A stretch of 61,703 bases of DNA, counting the filler, from Nanobdellati archaeon (GTDB lineage: Archaea > Nanobdellota > Nanobdellia > Woesearchaeales > JAADFO01), in assembly GCA_013152815.1 (NCBI GenBank). It is 5 parts of 5 records of this genome, joined end to end, with 100 filler letters (N's around TTAATTAATTAA, not from the genome) between each part and the next. Parts side by side here need not be neighbours in the genome. Positions count along the whole stretch, not along the records: positions 22,411 to 50,193 come from JAADFO010000043.1; 4 more parts are not named here. One strand, given 5' to 3'. How positions within the stretch are numbered: the stretch's first letter is position 1; each line of letters begins with the position of its first letter. Below are positions 27,398 to 37,590 of the stretch, in pieces. Both the position numbers and the translations under genes were made by a program. The notes beneath the pieces are model-generated. The model did no database searches. It worked only from the letters and a program-made list of their open reading frames with translations, and was not told the origin of the DNA.

Positions 27398-28900
27398 ATG
27401 GCCAAGCGAACATCATTCTGGCTGTTCCTCATCTTTCTCTGCGTACTGGGGGTCCGCCTCTACTTCGCGTTCCAATCTCCAGAGTTCTCCACCGATGATG
27501 CATATCAGGTCATCCGTCAGGTTGAGCATATCAGGGAAACAGGCCTTCCGCTTTTCAAGGATCCGCTGTTGTTCCAGGCACAGACATCACTTTTCTTGCC
27601 GGGGTATTATTATGTCTTGGCCGCTTTTTCTTTCCTCTTTCCAGGCACCATGTATCTGAAGATCGTTCCGAACCTTTTTGGGGCGCTTCTCGTGTTTTTT
27701 GCCTATCTGCTCTCCTCTGCTGTCACCAAGGATCGCACGGCAAATCTGTTGGTCGCTCTGGTGGCAGGATTCAATCCTCTCTTTTTCAGGAGCACCTTCA
27801 ACTCCCTGTCCATCGACAATCTCATCGCTCCACTGTTGTTCCTCCTGGTCTATCTCTTCATCAAGATACCTTCCCTGGAACAGAAGGCCAACGCTTTCCT
27901 GCTCCTGCTGGTCTTCCTCCTGTTCACGACGCCTCTGGTCATGATCTTCCTCCTGGGTTCAGCTCTTTTCTTTTTGCTTCTTAGGCTGCAGAAGATGCGG
28001 GTCATGAAAGGTCAGGTCGAGATAGTGCTGTTTTCTGTCATCCTTTTCTTCTGGTCCATCCTGATCGTCTTCAAGAGGCCCTTCCTGGATCTCGGTGTCT
28101 CTGTGATCTGGCAGAATATCCCGTCTCCCCTGGTCGGTGTGTTCTTCAGTGCGGTGCCTCCTCTCCAGATCGTATCATTGATCGGGATCTTCCCGCTCTT
28201 TGCTGGTGCCTATGCCATCTATCGTAATCTCTTCGGGAAGCCTAACCGCCAGATACTCCTGATGACCGCGATCCTTCTCGGTCTTGTGCTGCTTCTTTTT
28301 TTCCATCTTATCCAGGACAGCACAGGCTTCGTCTATTTCGCGCTCTTTTTCACGCTTCTTTTCGGAGAATTCGTGGCATTGGCCGATGACTGGTTCTCTA
28401 GGACGAAGTTCGCTGCCGGAAAAGGCTATTTCCTGCTGGCTATTGTCGTCCTCAGCATCTTCTCTTCTGTGGTCCCTGCCGTCGTCTATGCTGAAAGTGC
28501 CCTTGCTGATACACCAACCCAGACAGAGCTGGATGCACTTTCCTGGATCGAACAGCACACGGCAGCGGATTCCACCATCCTGGTGCCTTTGGATCAGGCC
28601 AGCCTCCTCCAGCAGAAGACCCGACGCAGGGTCGTCATGAACGATGACTTCCTCTCCATGAAAGACGTCGATGAGCGATATGCTGACCTAAATACCATGT
28701 ACACCTCTCTTTACAAGACCAACACGCTCTCGCTCATGACCACCTACGGGGTGGATTATGTCCTCTTCAGCCCGCGCATATCCCGCGCATTCAACATCGA
28801 TTCTCTTGCCTATATCGACGAACGCTGCTTTACCCGGACCTATGATGATGGCGTAGAGGTCTATCGGGTACGATGCAGGATAGGTGAGCGCGATGACTGA
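27398..28900 (+). CDS. Polytopic membrane protein, GT-C-fold (PMT/STT3-like) glycosyltransferase candidate
   Basis: DDAY after TM1, many TM helices, C-terminal 'AL.WI..HT...S.IL' and 'YGVDYV' domain. Confidence 0.65.
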   Translation: MAKRTSFWLFLIFLCVLGVRLYFAFQSPEFSTDDAYQVIRQVEHIRETGLPLFKDPLLFQAQTSLFLPGYYYVLAAFSFLFPGTMYLKIVPNLFGALLVFFAYLLSSAVTKDRTANLLVALVAGFNPLFFRSTFNSLSIDNLIAPLLFLLVYLFIKIPSLEQKANAFLLLLVFLLFTTPLVMIFLLGSALFFLLLRLQKMRVMKGQVEIVLFSVILFFWSILIVFKRPFLDLGVSVIWQNIPSPLVGVFFSAVPPLQIVSLIGIFPLFAGAYAIYRNLFGKPNRQILLMTAILLGLVLLLFFHLIQDSTGFVYFALFFTLLFGEFVALADDWFSRTKFAAGKGYFLLAIVVLSIFSSVVPAVVYAESALADTPTQTELDALSWIEQHTAADSTILVPLDQASLLQQKTRRRVVMNDDFLSMKDVDERYADLNTMYTSLYKTNTLSLMTTYGVDYVLFSPRISRAFNIDSLAYIDERCFTRTYDDGVEVYRVRCRIGERDD

Positions 28901-30335
28901 TACCTTCGTCCTTTCGCGCAGGAGCCTTTTTAGGCTTTCTTTCTTTCTCTTCTTCCTTGTCATCTCTGCTGCTCTGCTGTTTCGTTCCTTCACTGAAGGC
29001 TTCGGTCCTGCCGGTGCGGCCTCTTTTGAAAATATCCAGATCGCACAGAACTACGCATCCCTGTGGTATAGGGATCCGCTCATCCAGGGTTCCAGGATGG
29101 TCCTGGTGTTGCCGTACCATCTGTTGTTAGGGTCGCTGCTGTCTTTTTTTGGCATGAAGATCACCCTTCTCTTCCTTCCCCTGCTCTTGGTCGGCGGTCT
29201 GTTGTTTTTTACGATCCTGCTCTTTTCACGGCTGGAAGTGTCTCAGCGCAGTACGGTTCTGGCTCTTCTGGGATTCCTGCTGTCCCCTGCATTGATCTAT
29301 GCAGGAACACGATTCAGTCCTCAATTGTTCGTCCTGTTTCTCATAGCGTTCACCCTCTGGCTTGCGATGTCTGCGAATCCGCTGCTGCGTGGATTTGCCT
29401 ATCCTGTCATGCTGCTTATCGCATGGTCCGGCATCATCCCGCTGTTGCTCTTCCTGCTGATGCTTCGCTATGCGCTTCGGTTTGCCGGCAGATCAGAGAA
29501 TCAATACCGCGGATTCGCGTTTTTCCTCCTGCTGGTCTCGCTCTTCCTGCTCACCCTTACCGTTCCTGATTGGGCTGTCTTGACCCTCGTCCCCTCTCTT
29601 CCGGCATTCTTCGCGAAGACCATAACCATCTTCGGGGGGCATCCAGGAATCTCGGGGTTTCTGCTCCTCCTTTCTTCCATCGGCTTCTTCGTAAGCTGGT
29701 ACAGGCGAAAGCGATATGTTCTCCTCTATGGTTTCCTGCTTTTCCTGTTTCTGGTCCAGGCATTCTCTCTTTTCGACGTCTCCATCTACCTCACCCTTCT
29801 GCTGCTCCCTCTCGCTGTCATGGGGTTCGAGAGTCTCCTCAACAGGAGATGGCAGCTGCTGTTGGTCAAGCGGCTCACCATCGTCATCCTCTTCTATGGC
29901 CTGTTGTTCTCCTCTGTCGCCTACAGCAAGATAGCTGCCCAGGACAAGCCCACCGAGGATCTTCTGGCGGCCCTTGGTTGGATCCGGGACAACACCCCCC
30001 CGGAGAAGACAGTCTTCACAAGCCAGGAGAATGGGTTCTTGGTATCGGCCATCGCCGGGCGGCCGGTCATGATCGATGATGACTATTATCGCGTCACCGA
30101 AGGGAAGAAGATACAGGAAGATTACCGTCTGATCCTCTCTTCCCGGAATCTCAAGCAGACCATGTCCCTCCTGAAGGACTATGACGTAGGCTACATCCTG
30201 ATAACCAGTGGCATGAAAGAAGGAGAGACGTTCTCTCGTGAAGATGAAGGCCTTCTTTTTGTGCTCACGAACCCTGATCATTTTCGCAGGGTCTATTCCC
30301 GCAATAAGGACGATCTTTGGGAGGTGATTCCTTAG
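28893..30335 (+). CDS. Polytopic membrane protein, paralog of the upstream GT-C-like gene
   Basis: 'AL.WIRDNTP....V', 'Y.V.YI' and 'F..VY' C-terminal pattern; overlaps upstream gene. Confidence 0.65.
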   Translation: MTDTFVLSRRSLFRLSFFLFFLVISAALLFRSFTEGFGPAGAASFENIQIAQNYASLWYRDPLIQGSRMVLVLPYHLLLGSLLSFFGMKITLLFLPLLLVGGLLFFTILLFSRLEVSQRSTVLALLGFLLSPALIYAGTRFSPQLFVLFLIAFTLWLAMSANPLLRGFAYPVMLLIAWSGIIPLLLFLLMLRYALRFAGRSENQYRGFAFFLLLVSLFLLTLTVPDWAVLTLVPSLPAFFAKTITIFGGHPGISGFLLLLSSIGFFVSWYRRKRYVLLYGFLLFLFLVQAFSLFDVSIYLTLLLLPLAVMGFESLLNRRWQLLLVKRLTIVILFYGLLFSSVAYSKIAAQDKPTEDLLAALGWIRDNTPPEKTVFTSQENGFLVSAIAGRPVMIDDDYYRVTEGKKIQEDYRLILSSRNLKQTMSLLKDYDVGYILITSGMKEGETFSREDEGLLFVLTNPDHFRRVYSRNKDDLWEVIP

Positions 30336-30344
30336 GAGAACCCC

Positions 30345-31630
30345 ATGGTGAACCTCCAGCTCTACAGCACTGATCCGGTACTCAACATGGCCATGGGTGT
30401 CTTCTTCGTCCTTTTCGCTTTCCTCTTCTTTCTCCTGGCCGTGTGGATCCGTTCACTCTTCATCCGAAAAGCAACCGGAAAGCCGCCTGTCCTGCCCGGC
30501 CTCTCCATCCTGATCCCCGCGCATAACGAACAGCACATCATCGCTTCCTGCCTGGATGCCATCGCGGCGGCAGACTATCCTTCCGACAGGATGGAAATCC
30601 TGGTCATCGATGACGGTTCGTCCGACAGCACCAGAGAGATTGTCCGACATTTTATCTCCAAGCATCCTGCTTTGGATGCACACCTGCTCAGGAGCACCAG
30701 GGGAAAGTCAGGGCGCTGAACCAGGCCATCAAGATGGCCAGATACGATATCATCATGACCCTGGACGCCGATGTCATCGTAGAAGCGGCATCCCTGCAAA
30801 GGCTTGTCGCTCCTCTCCTCCGGAAGGGTGTTGCCGCATCCAACGCCATAGCCAAGATCCACCGGCCAAGGAGTTTCCTCGAGCGTTTCCAGTCCATCGA
30901 ATTCGCCATGAACGATCTCATCAGAACATCATTCTCCCTGGTCTTCGCGAACAGCATCTGGTTCTATGGGGCGGTGGCCTGTTACAAGAAGGAGGTCCTT
31001 GAGGATGTCGGCGGATTCAACCCAGAGGCGCTCACCGACGACATGGATATTTCCCTCACGCTTTACCGTAGAGGTCATCGTATCGTGACGGTCAAGGACG
31101 CGGTCATGTACACGCTTGCCGTGCCTACCATCGCTTCGCTGTTCCGGCAGCGTATGAGATGGTATTTCGGTGCGTTGCAGTCCTTGTTCCGGCATCGTAA
31201 ACTCTTGCGGGCCGGGAGGCATTCTGTCCCCGTGCTGTTCCTCTTCTTCAACCAGTTCTGGTGGACACTGTTCGCTTTCCTCTTCTTTCCCCTGACCATC
31301 ATCCAGATCATCCATTGGTTCCCTCAGCCAGCTCTCCCGGGGATCTCCGCAGTCTACCTCTTCCGGTGGTTCTCGCTCTGGGGTCCGTTCTATGTGCTCT
31401 GGAAGATACCTGTCTGGGGCGTGAACTTCCTCAACCTGTTTGCGGTGCTTTCTGGAATACTGACCTTCGGCATGTCTTTGGCTGCTCTCAGGACCTTTCG
31501 GGTCTCCTTCAACTGGAAGACCGCAGTATGCCTGTTCTTCTATTTCCCCTATACCATCGTCCAGGACACCATCATCATCGCAAGCATCTTCTGGTATGCT
31601 TTCTCGAAGAAGAGACAGTTCATCGACTAG
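30345..31630 (+). pseudogene. GT2 family (CESA-like) glycosyltransferase, frameshifted near 30670-30700
   Basis: SILIPAHNE and VIDDGSSD in the first frame; GKVRALN, DAD, LTDD, QRMRW in the -1 frame. Confidence 0.85.
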
Positions 31631-31741
31631 GAGGGTGTCCGTCAGCCGTCATGCCCATCTGACAGCCAGGCGAGAACGGAAAGGGCAAGGCCCTGCCATG
31701 GATGTATGGATGCGGGTTGTCTTCCGGGAGAAGCAGCAGAT

Positions 31742-32041
31742 TTATTGGAGCGACGTGCAGATGGCGCTCGCGCAGATGGCTGCGCTGTTGAGGTAGATGA
31801 TGAGTCCGATGATGGTCATGATGATGCCTGCGGAGCTGAGGACCAGGGCGGTGATGGCAAAGCCCATCCCTCCAAAGCGTTCGGGGTCATGATAATGGCG
31901 TCGTATGGCCATCACGGCGAGGGTGAGCGATCCGATGGAAAGTGCGATGTTGAAGAGGGGGATCCAGAAACCCAGGCTCAGCCAGAAGGCGAACTTGGCG
32001 TAGAACCGGTCCTGCTTCTTGTCGCTTTTGCCTTTCTTCAT
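31742..32041 (-). CDS. Small membrane protein (DUF4190-like)
   Basis: Two TM helices, 'GG.GFAITAL.LS' motif. Confidence 0.65.
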   Translation of the reverse strand: MKKGKSDKKQDRFYAKFAFWLSLGFWIPLFNIALSIGSLTLAVMAIRRHYHDPERFGGMGFAITALVLSSAGIIMTIIGLIIYLNSAAICASAICTSLQ

Positions 32042-32045
32042 TTTC

Positions 32046-33404
32046 TCAGTTGACCGTCCTGTTTCCGTTCTTCTTCAGCATGAACCAGTTCATCTTTCGG
32101 TCGAAGAGCGCCTTGAGGATGCCTATGTTGACGAAATAGGTCACTGCGATGCCGATGCTGAGGGAGGCAGCGAGCATCTTTGGGATGCTCTTCACCATCC
32201 TGCTCTTGGCGAGGGCGACGATGCTTGCCAGGAGGATGCCGCTCGTGATGATGATGTTGAATGCGGTCTCCGACAAGAACCGTGACCAGTCGACCGGTGC
32301 GGGCGCGTTGCTGATGACGGCGAGGCTGCCGAACACCGTCAGGAAGAACAGCATGAACGAGAAAAGATATCCTGAACCGAAGAGGAGGATGCCGAACTTG
32401 TCCTTGATAGGTATCTTCGGTGAGCGCAGGATCCCTCCCAGATGTTTCTTCATGGCGGCCGTGACGCCGAACGACCAGCGCATCTGCTGCCGATAGAGGT
32501 CTCTGAAGCTCTGCGGCGCTTCGCATCCGCAGTCCACATCTTCCAGATAGACGAGCTTCTTGGATCCCTTGTTCAGCCGGAGGCTGCATTCGATGTCCTC
32601 GGTGAGCGAACCGGCTTCCCAGCCGCCGATGTCAAGGAGGTCTTTCTTGCGTATGGCTTCCGCAGAGCCGCAGAGGAAGCTGTTTCCCTTGAACCAGTCG
32701 ATGAAGGAGAGCGCGAGGTGATGGCACATGGCGGTGATGGTCCCGCCGAGGACCGAGTATGCGTTCTGCCTGAAGTTGACGATCTTCCATCGTGCCTGTG
32801 CCACGGCGATGTCCTTGTCTTCGGCGAACGGAGAGGTTATCTTCCTGAGGAAGTCCTTGTCCGGCAGGAAGTCAGAGTCGAAGATGACAAGGATGTCTCC
32901 GTTGCTGTATTTCAGCATGTGATTGAGATTGCCTGGCTTGTAGCCTACATTGTTCCCTCTTCTGGTGACTTCGATCCTGCCGGGATACTGGGCAGCGAAC
33001 GCATCGATCTTCGCAGACACGCTTCTGTCCGAACTATCGTCGCCGATGATGATCTGCAGTCTCTCCCGGGGATAGTCGAAGGCAAGACATCTCTTTGCGC
33101 AGTTGATGGCAGCAAGTTCGTTGTAGGTCGGGATCTGTACGGTCACCGTCGGCTCTTTTCCCTTCTTCACCGGCCGGGTTGTGGTCTTCTTCTTCATCAT
33201 CGCCGCCAGTGCCATGATAAGATAGGATGTCGCCACGAGCATGGTGATGAAAAGGAACACCTTGAAGAGCGAATCAAAGCCGAGATGGAGGCCGTCCAGG
33301 ATGGGGCGGGAGTACTGCAGGTAGAATCGGTAGGCATAATCTCCAGCAGTGGTGTGGGCCGCTATGATCTGTTCGATGATGCGTCGGACAATTTCTAGTT
33401 CCAT
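32046..33404 (-). CDS. GT2 family processive glycosyltransferase (cellulose synthase-like)
   Basis: VTVQIPTYNE, GDDSSD, GYKPGNLN, FDSD, LTED, QQMRW. Confidence 0.92.
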   Translation of the reverse strand: MELEIVRRIIEQIIAAHTTAGDYAYRFYLQYSRPILDGLHLGFDSLFKVFLFITMLVATSYLIMALAAMMKKKTTTRPVKKGKEPTVTVQIPTYNELAAINCAKRCLAFDYPRERLQIIIGDDSSDRSVSAKIDAFAAQYPGRIEVTRRGNNVGYKPGNLNHMLKYSNGDILVIFDSDFLPDKDFLRKITSPFAEDKDIAVAQARWKIVNFRQNAYSVLGGTITAMCHHLALSFIDWFKGNSFLCGSAEAIRKKDLLDIGGWEAGSLTEDIECSLRLNKGSKKLVYLEDVDCGCEAPQSFRDLYRQQMRWSFGVTAAMKKHLGGILRSPKIPIKDKFGILLFGSGYLFSFMLFFLTVFGSLAVISNAPAPVDWSRFLSETAFNIIITSGILLASIVALAKSRMVKSIPKMLAASLSIGIAVTYFVNIGILKALFDRKMNWFMLKKNGNRTVN

Positions 33405-33592
33405 GGGAAAAACCTTCTATGTTGAGCTTTTGTCCCTGAATTGTGATATTTATATTATAAAAGCTTTGTGGCCGATGTTCTTTTTTAAATGTTTCCGAAT
33501 TCCCTGGGCCTCGCCTTTTATAGAAAAGGTATCTGCCTTTAAAAAGGGCTGGCTCTGTTCAGCTGGCCTGTTTGCCTGATCCTTTAATAAGC

Positions 33593-34645
33593 CTATCCCT
33601 TAATAAGCTCATCTATTTTCCTATCAAGGTCGTTATAGAAGGTTTCCTGGTTCCAGAACCCTGCTTTTTTGAGATTTTTTCGGTATTTCTCCAGATTCTG
33701 CTCAAAGTTCAGAAGGTCTTCCTGGGTCAACCGCCTCGTATAATTCCCGTATCCCTTCTTCTTCATGGCCGCTGCGTTGTATTCCTGTTCGTAATACTCG
33801 TGGATGAGCATCGAGAAGACGGGTTTTTTCAGGAAGATGGCTTCGCTCAACAGGCCGAACCCGCCGTTGGTGATGATATACTCGCAATCTTTGAGGTCCT
33901 CAAAGAATGCCTGCTCATCAAAGCCTCTGAACAAAAGGTTTCCCTCTCTCCCTTTCTTGGCGGTCCCATGGATGTGGAACTGTCTGTCGATCTGGTTTAG
34001 CACAGGGAAGAGCGTATCGTCGGTGAAGGCGGTCTGGTAGACCAGGACGAACCCTCTGTTCCGGGTCTTTCCTTTCATGGAGACGATATCTTCTCTCAGG
34101 ATGGGGGGGATCATCGTCGTGATTCCGGGTTCTTTGGGCTCTGCTCCGGCATAATCCAGGATGAAATAATGATCCGCCTTCGGATGGAGCAGACGGAGCG
34201 CCAGGTTATGGAACCAGGGAGGAGGAACCTGGCCGGGGAGGCGGCATTTGTCCATGGCCTGGATGTTGTCGATGGCGATCGTGGGCAGACCAAGGTGGTT
34301 GGCCAGGTGTTCCGCGGTGGACTCAAAGTCAGAGATCAGGAGATCAGGGCCGAACAGCCTGATGGTCGGAAGAAGCTGTTCCTTCACCCGTCGCAGCAGT
34401 CTGGGGATGTTGAAGAGATACACCAGCCCGCTCTGCACCAGGAAGATCTTTCCTTGGCCATGGATCCATGAGGGTCCCTCGATGGGATGCACCCTGTCGC
34501 CAAAGTGCGAAGAGAGGACGTCTTTCGCGTTGCCATAGGACGTGATGAGCACTTCATGCTTCTTGAGAAGATGTCTGATGACCGCTTCGCTCCGTATGGC
34601 ATGGCCTCTGCCCTCTCCGCAGACAGAATACCAGATGCGTGCCAT
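33593..34645 (-). CDS. MJ1255/VC2487-type GT-B glycosyltransferase
   Basis: GEGRGHA.RS, ISDFE, IDN, ITNGGF.L.SEA..L.KP, EQ..NA. Confidence 0.88.
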   Translation of the reverse strand: MARIWYSVCGEGRGHAIRSEAVIRHLLKKHEVLITSYGNAKDVLSSHFGDRVHPIEGPSWIHGQGKIFLVQSGLVYLFNIPRLLRRVKEQLLPTIRLFGPDLLISDFESTAEHLANHLGLPTIAIDNIQAMDKCRLPGQVPPPWFHNLALRLLHPKADHYFILDYAGAEPKEPGITTMIPPILREDIVSMKGKTRNRGFVLVYQTAFTDDTLFPVLNQIDRQFHIHGTAKKGREGNLLFRGFDEQAFFEDLKDCEYIITNGGFGLLSEAIFLKKPVFSMLIHEYYEQEYNAAAMKKKGYGNYTRRLTQEDLLNFEQNLEKYRKNLKKAGFWNQETFYNDLDRKIDELIKG

Positions 34646-34648
34646 GGG

Positions 34649-35149
34649 TCACCTCCGGCGTCGCTTGATGGTGATCAGGTCACCGATGGTCAGGTCTTCC
34701 TTGCTGCCTTCTCCTGTCATGACCTGTCCTTCTTCGACGCTCTCCACCAGCTTGATCCTGAGAAACGACTCGAATCTCCGTGCGACGGCAATATTCGGTC
34801 TGAACTTTCCTGATTCCATGTTGTGGATGAGCGATTCCTTGACCGCGAGTTTCCTGGCGAGCTCTTCCTGTTTGAGCCCGAGCTTTTCTCTGGCCTTCTT
34901 GACCCGTTGGGCAAGGTCTTCACGTATCATGAGGCTCTTCCTCGTCCTGGCGGGGCCGGTGAACTGCGGGGGTTCCTGTGCTTTCTGCTCTCTTTCTTTC
35001 GCTTTCCTCTTCAGTTCATTGCCCGAAGGGATATGGATGCTCTTGATGACCTTTCCGTGTCTGCTGCATCCTTTGCAGAGGTTCAGCTTTATCCCTTCCA
35101 CTTCGGTCTGGAAAAGAGGGGCATCCTTCCCGCACATCTCGCACATCAT
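34649..35149 (-). CDS. mbf1: Archaeal multiprotein bridging factor aMBF1
   Basis: CEMCG...C..C Zn ribbon, Cro-HTH 'AREKLGLKQEELA', C-terminal TIGD. Confidence 0.92.
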   Translation of the reverse strand: MMCEMCGKDAPLFQTEVEGIKLNLCKGCSRHGKVIKSIHIPSGNELKRKAKEREQKAQEPPQFTGPARTRKSLMIREDLAQRVKKAREKLGLKQEELARKLAVKESLIHNMESGKFRPNIAVARRFESFLRIKLVESVEEGQVMTGEGSKEDLTIGDLITIKRRRR

Positions 35150-35364
35150 GATGGACAAGAGGGAGACAGAGAAGATTATTAAATTTATGCACCCGTTCCT
35201 GTGAAAGACGGTCCTCCCGGCAGCGCGGACCACGCGGCTTTTTCCGGTCGGTCTCGTCTTTCATCGTCCTTGTTTCGTCCTGTTTCACCAACTTTTTAAA
35301 TGGTCTGTTGTTCCTTGCCTCAAGGACGGCAGATATGCAGAGATGTTGTCGCCAGAGGTGATCC

Positions 35365-35559
35365 ATGGACGTGTTCATCGAGAAACAGGACAGGCATCAT
35401 CGGCTCTCCTTTCGGGGGTCCGGGGACCGGCTGCTGGCTTTGTTCGACATCAATCCGGAGACAGTCATACTGGTGAAGGACGGCCAGCTCATCACTTCAG
35501 ACACCATGCTGAAGGATACGGATGCTGTCAGGATATTGAGCGTCATTTCTGGAGGCTGA
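35365..35559 (+). CDS. Ubiquitin-like sulfur carrier (ThiS/MoaD/SAMP/TtuB-like)
   Basis: 64 aa beta-grasp pattern ending VISGG; GAGGTGA SD; adjacent to a TtuA-like gene. Confidence 0.88.
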   Translation: MDVFIEKQDRHHRLSFRGSGDRLLALFDINPETVILVKDGQLITSDTMLKDTDAVRILSVISGG

Positions 35560-35569
35560 GGAGGTTAGG

Positions 35570-36487
35570 ATGCGTTGCCGGAAATGTGGGGAACGGACAG
35601 TCTTCTCTTCTCCGGCTCTGTGCAAGGATCATTTTATTTCTGCTTTCGAGAAGAAGGTCTATGATACCATCGATCGTTACAAGCTCATCAGCAGGGGACA
35701 GCGCATTGCCGTGGCCTGTTCAGGAGGCAAGGATTCCACTGTCCTTCTTCATCTCCTGCAGAAGCGCGGATATGATGTGACGGCGATGGCCATCGATGAA
35801 GGCATCGCAGGATACCGCGACAAGACGCTGGCGTTCCTCAGGAGATTCTGTTTCGAGCGGGGGATACCGCTCCAGGTCCATCGCTATCAGGATGCCTTCG
35901 GAGCGAGCCTTGACCATATGATGCAGCGAAGCCCAAGGAAACCCTGCACTGTCTGCGGTGTCTTCCGTCGCTATCTCCTGAACCGTCATGCGAGAGATTT
36001 TGACCTGCTTGCTCTGGGGCATAATCTCGACGATGAGGCCCAGTCCATCCTCATGAACCTCCTGCTCAACAACCGGGCGGTCCTGTCACGTCTGGGACCA
36101 AAGGCCGGCATCGTCGAAGCCGAAGGGTTCACGCCACGGATAAAGCCGCTCTATCTTTGCCGGGAGAAAGAGGTCATGGCCTATAGCTTCATCCAGAACC
36201 TTCTGACCGATTTCACCGAATGCCCCAACATCGTCGATTCGTTCAGGGCAGAAGTCAGAGATTTCCTCAATGATCATGAGGCGTCTCATCCCGGGTTCAA
36301 GGAGCTCCTGGTGCACGAATACCTTTCCTCCTTGCCTCGCTTGCAGAGACAGGCGAAGGACTCTGGCGACCTGGAGCCGGTGGGTTCCTGTTCCCTCTGT
36401 CGTGAGCCCTCGGCAGCCGCCGTCTGCCGGGCATGTTCCCTGAAAAAAGAGATAAGGGTGTCCAGTCCAGAGCGACAGGGGGCATAG
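35570..36487 (+). CDS. tRNA 2-thiolation protein (TtuA/Ncs6 family, TIGR00269-like)
   Basis: N- and C-terminal Zn fingers, SGGKDS PP-loop, C..CGVFRR, GHNLDDEAQ, RIKPL, ECP. Confidence 0.92.
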   Translation: MRCRKCGERTVFSSPALCKDHFISAFEKKVYDTIDRYKLISRGQRIAVACSGGKDSTVLLHLLQKRGYDVTAMAIDEGIAGYRDKTLAFLRRFCFERGIPLQVHRYQDAFGASLDHMMQRSPRKPCTVCGVFRRYLLNRHARDFDLLALGHNLDDEAQSILMNLLLNNRAVLSRLGPKAGIVEAEGFTPRIKPLYLCREKEVMAYSFIQNLLTDFTECPNIVDSFRAEVRDFLNDHEASHPGFKELLVHEYLSSLPRLQRQAKDSGDLEPVGSCSLCREPSAAAVCRACSLKKEIRVSSPERQGA

Positions 36488-36532
36488 GACGGCAGTCCCT
36501 GAGTGCTGTTGATGATGTTTGCCTGTCCCGCG

Positions 36533-36699
36533 GGGCTCTGTAGAAAGTAGGGCCGGCATCCCACTGTGAGGTGTCCTATGACTGTGCAGCAGAGAGTTCC
36601 GGGGGTCGCCCCCTACGGGGCCGGAACGGCAGAAGCAGACTCATTGCGGTGGCCGAGCTCGATGCCGGCCACGCGAAAGCGTAACTTTCTACAGAGCCC
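36533..36699. mobile_element. 167-bp MITE-like element with perfect 16-bp terminal inverted repeats
   Basis: GGGCTCTGTAGAAAGT / ACTTTCTACAGAGCCC; flanks TGTCCCGCG vs TGTCCTGGG (7/9 direct repeat); nested internal stems. Confidence 0.65.
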
Positions 36700-36743
36700 T
36701 GTCCTGGGCAAGGTTTATATCTTAGACTGTCTTCTTCAGGTCC

Positions 36744-37358
36744 ATGGTCCCTCTATTCGACATCGTCGTTCCGGACGGGAACGAAGAAGGTCTTATCAGG
36801 ATGGCAGAACGTCTCGGCTACACAGGCCTGGTCTTTCTTGTGGCACAGCAAAAGCTCCTCGGGGCGGAACAGGCACGACTGGCTCTGCTGCAGGAACACA
36901 CTTCCCTGTCCCTCCGTCCGGGTCTGCTCCTTTCAGGCAGAGAGATGCGAGGCCAGCGTAGGGATCTGACCATCGTCTCTCGTCCACAGGATCCCCGTCT
37001 TGTCATCGAGCAGAGGGGCGCTGATTTTCTTTTGGGCGTCGAGCTGCTTGAGCGACGGGACAGGATGCATCACCGGTCGAGCGGCCTGAATCAGGTCCTG
37101 GCGAAGTTGGCCCGGGAAAAAGAGGTCGGTCTGGCGTTCTCATTCAATGCGGTGCTGGATGCGCCCGACGAGGTCTTTTCTCTCCTGATGGGAAGGATGC
37201 GGCAGAATATCCGTCTGGCATCCAAATACGGAGTGGCGGTCAGGATAGGAAGTCTTGCTTCTTCTCCGTTGGAGATGCGCAACCCTCTTGACTTGCGGGC
37301 GTTCTACGGGCTGTTGGGCATGACGACCGAGATGCTCAGGGCAGCGTTTGACTGGTGA
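36744..37358 (+). CDS. Ribonuclease P protein subunit Rpp30-like
   Basis: 'D.MH.R.SGLNQVLAKLA.E..V...FSF', 'N.RL..KY.V....S.A....EMR.P.DL'. Confidence 0.8.
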   Translation: MVPLFDIVVPDGNEEGLIRMAERLGYTGLVFLVAQQKLLGAEQARLALLQEHTSLSLRPGLLLSGREMRGQRRDLTIVSRPQDPRLVIEQRGADFLLGVELLERRDRMHHRSSGLNQVLAKLAREKEVGLAFSFNAVLDAPDEVFSLLMGRMRQNIRLASKYGVAVRIGSLASSPLEMRNPLDLRAFYGLLGMTTEMLRAAFDW

Positions 37359-37590
37359 CGATCAGGGTCGGACCTTTCTGCACATGTCCTGTGGCGCTTC
37401 TCAGGACATATCATGGTCCCCTTTCGTGGTCCCCCTTTCGTGGTGTTCCTCCCTAGGGGTTCTCCTGTATTGTATCCCTTATGGTGTCCTCCTCGATGTC
37501 TTTCCTGGTGCATATCCCGGCAACTGTCTGTGTCATTACCCTATCAGTACCGCAGTAATTATAAATGCGCAGGGCATCCGTGGAAGAATC

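Noticed and set aside
36533..36699. RNase P RNA (next to rpp30) or HDV-like ribozyme (GGCCGGCAT start)
   Set aside because: No GAGGAA.GUCC / CGGCUUA P4 pair, and no P1.1/P2/P3 pseudoknot layout; TIR plus direct repeat fits a MITE better
37384..37444. Hairpin ATGTCCTG/CAGGACAT and 13-bp direct repeat CCCCTTTCGTGGT x2
   Set aside because: Short, two copies only, no spacers or context; may be a terminator region
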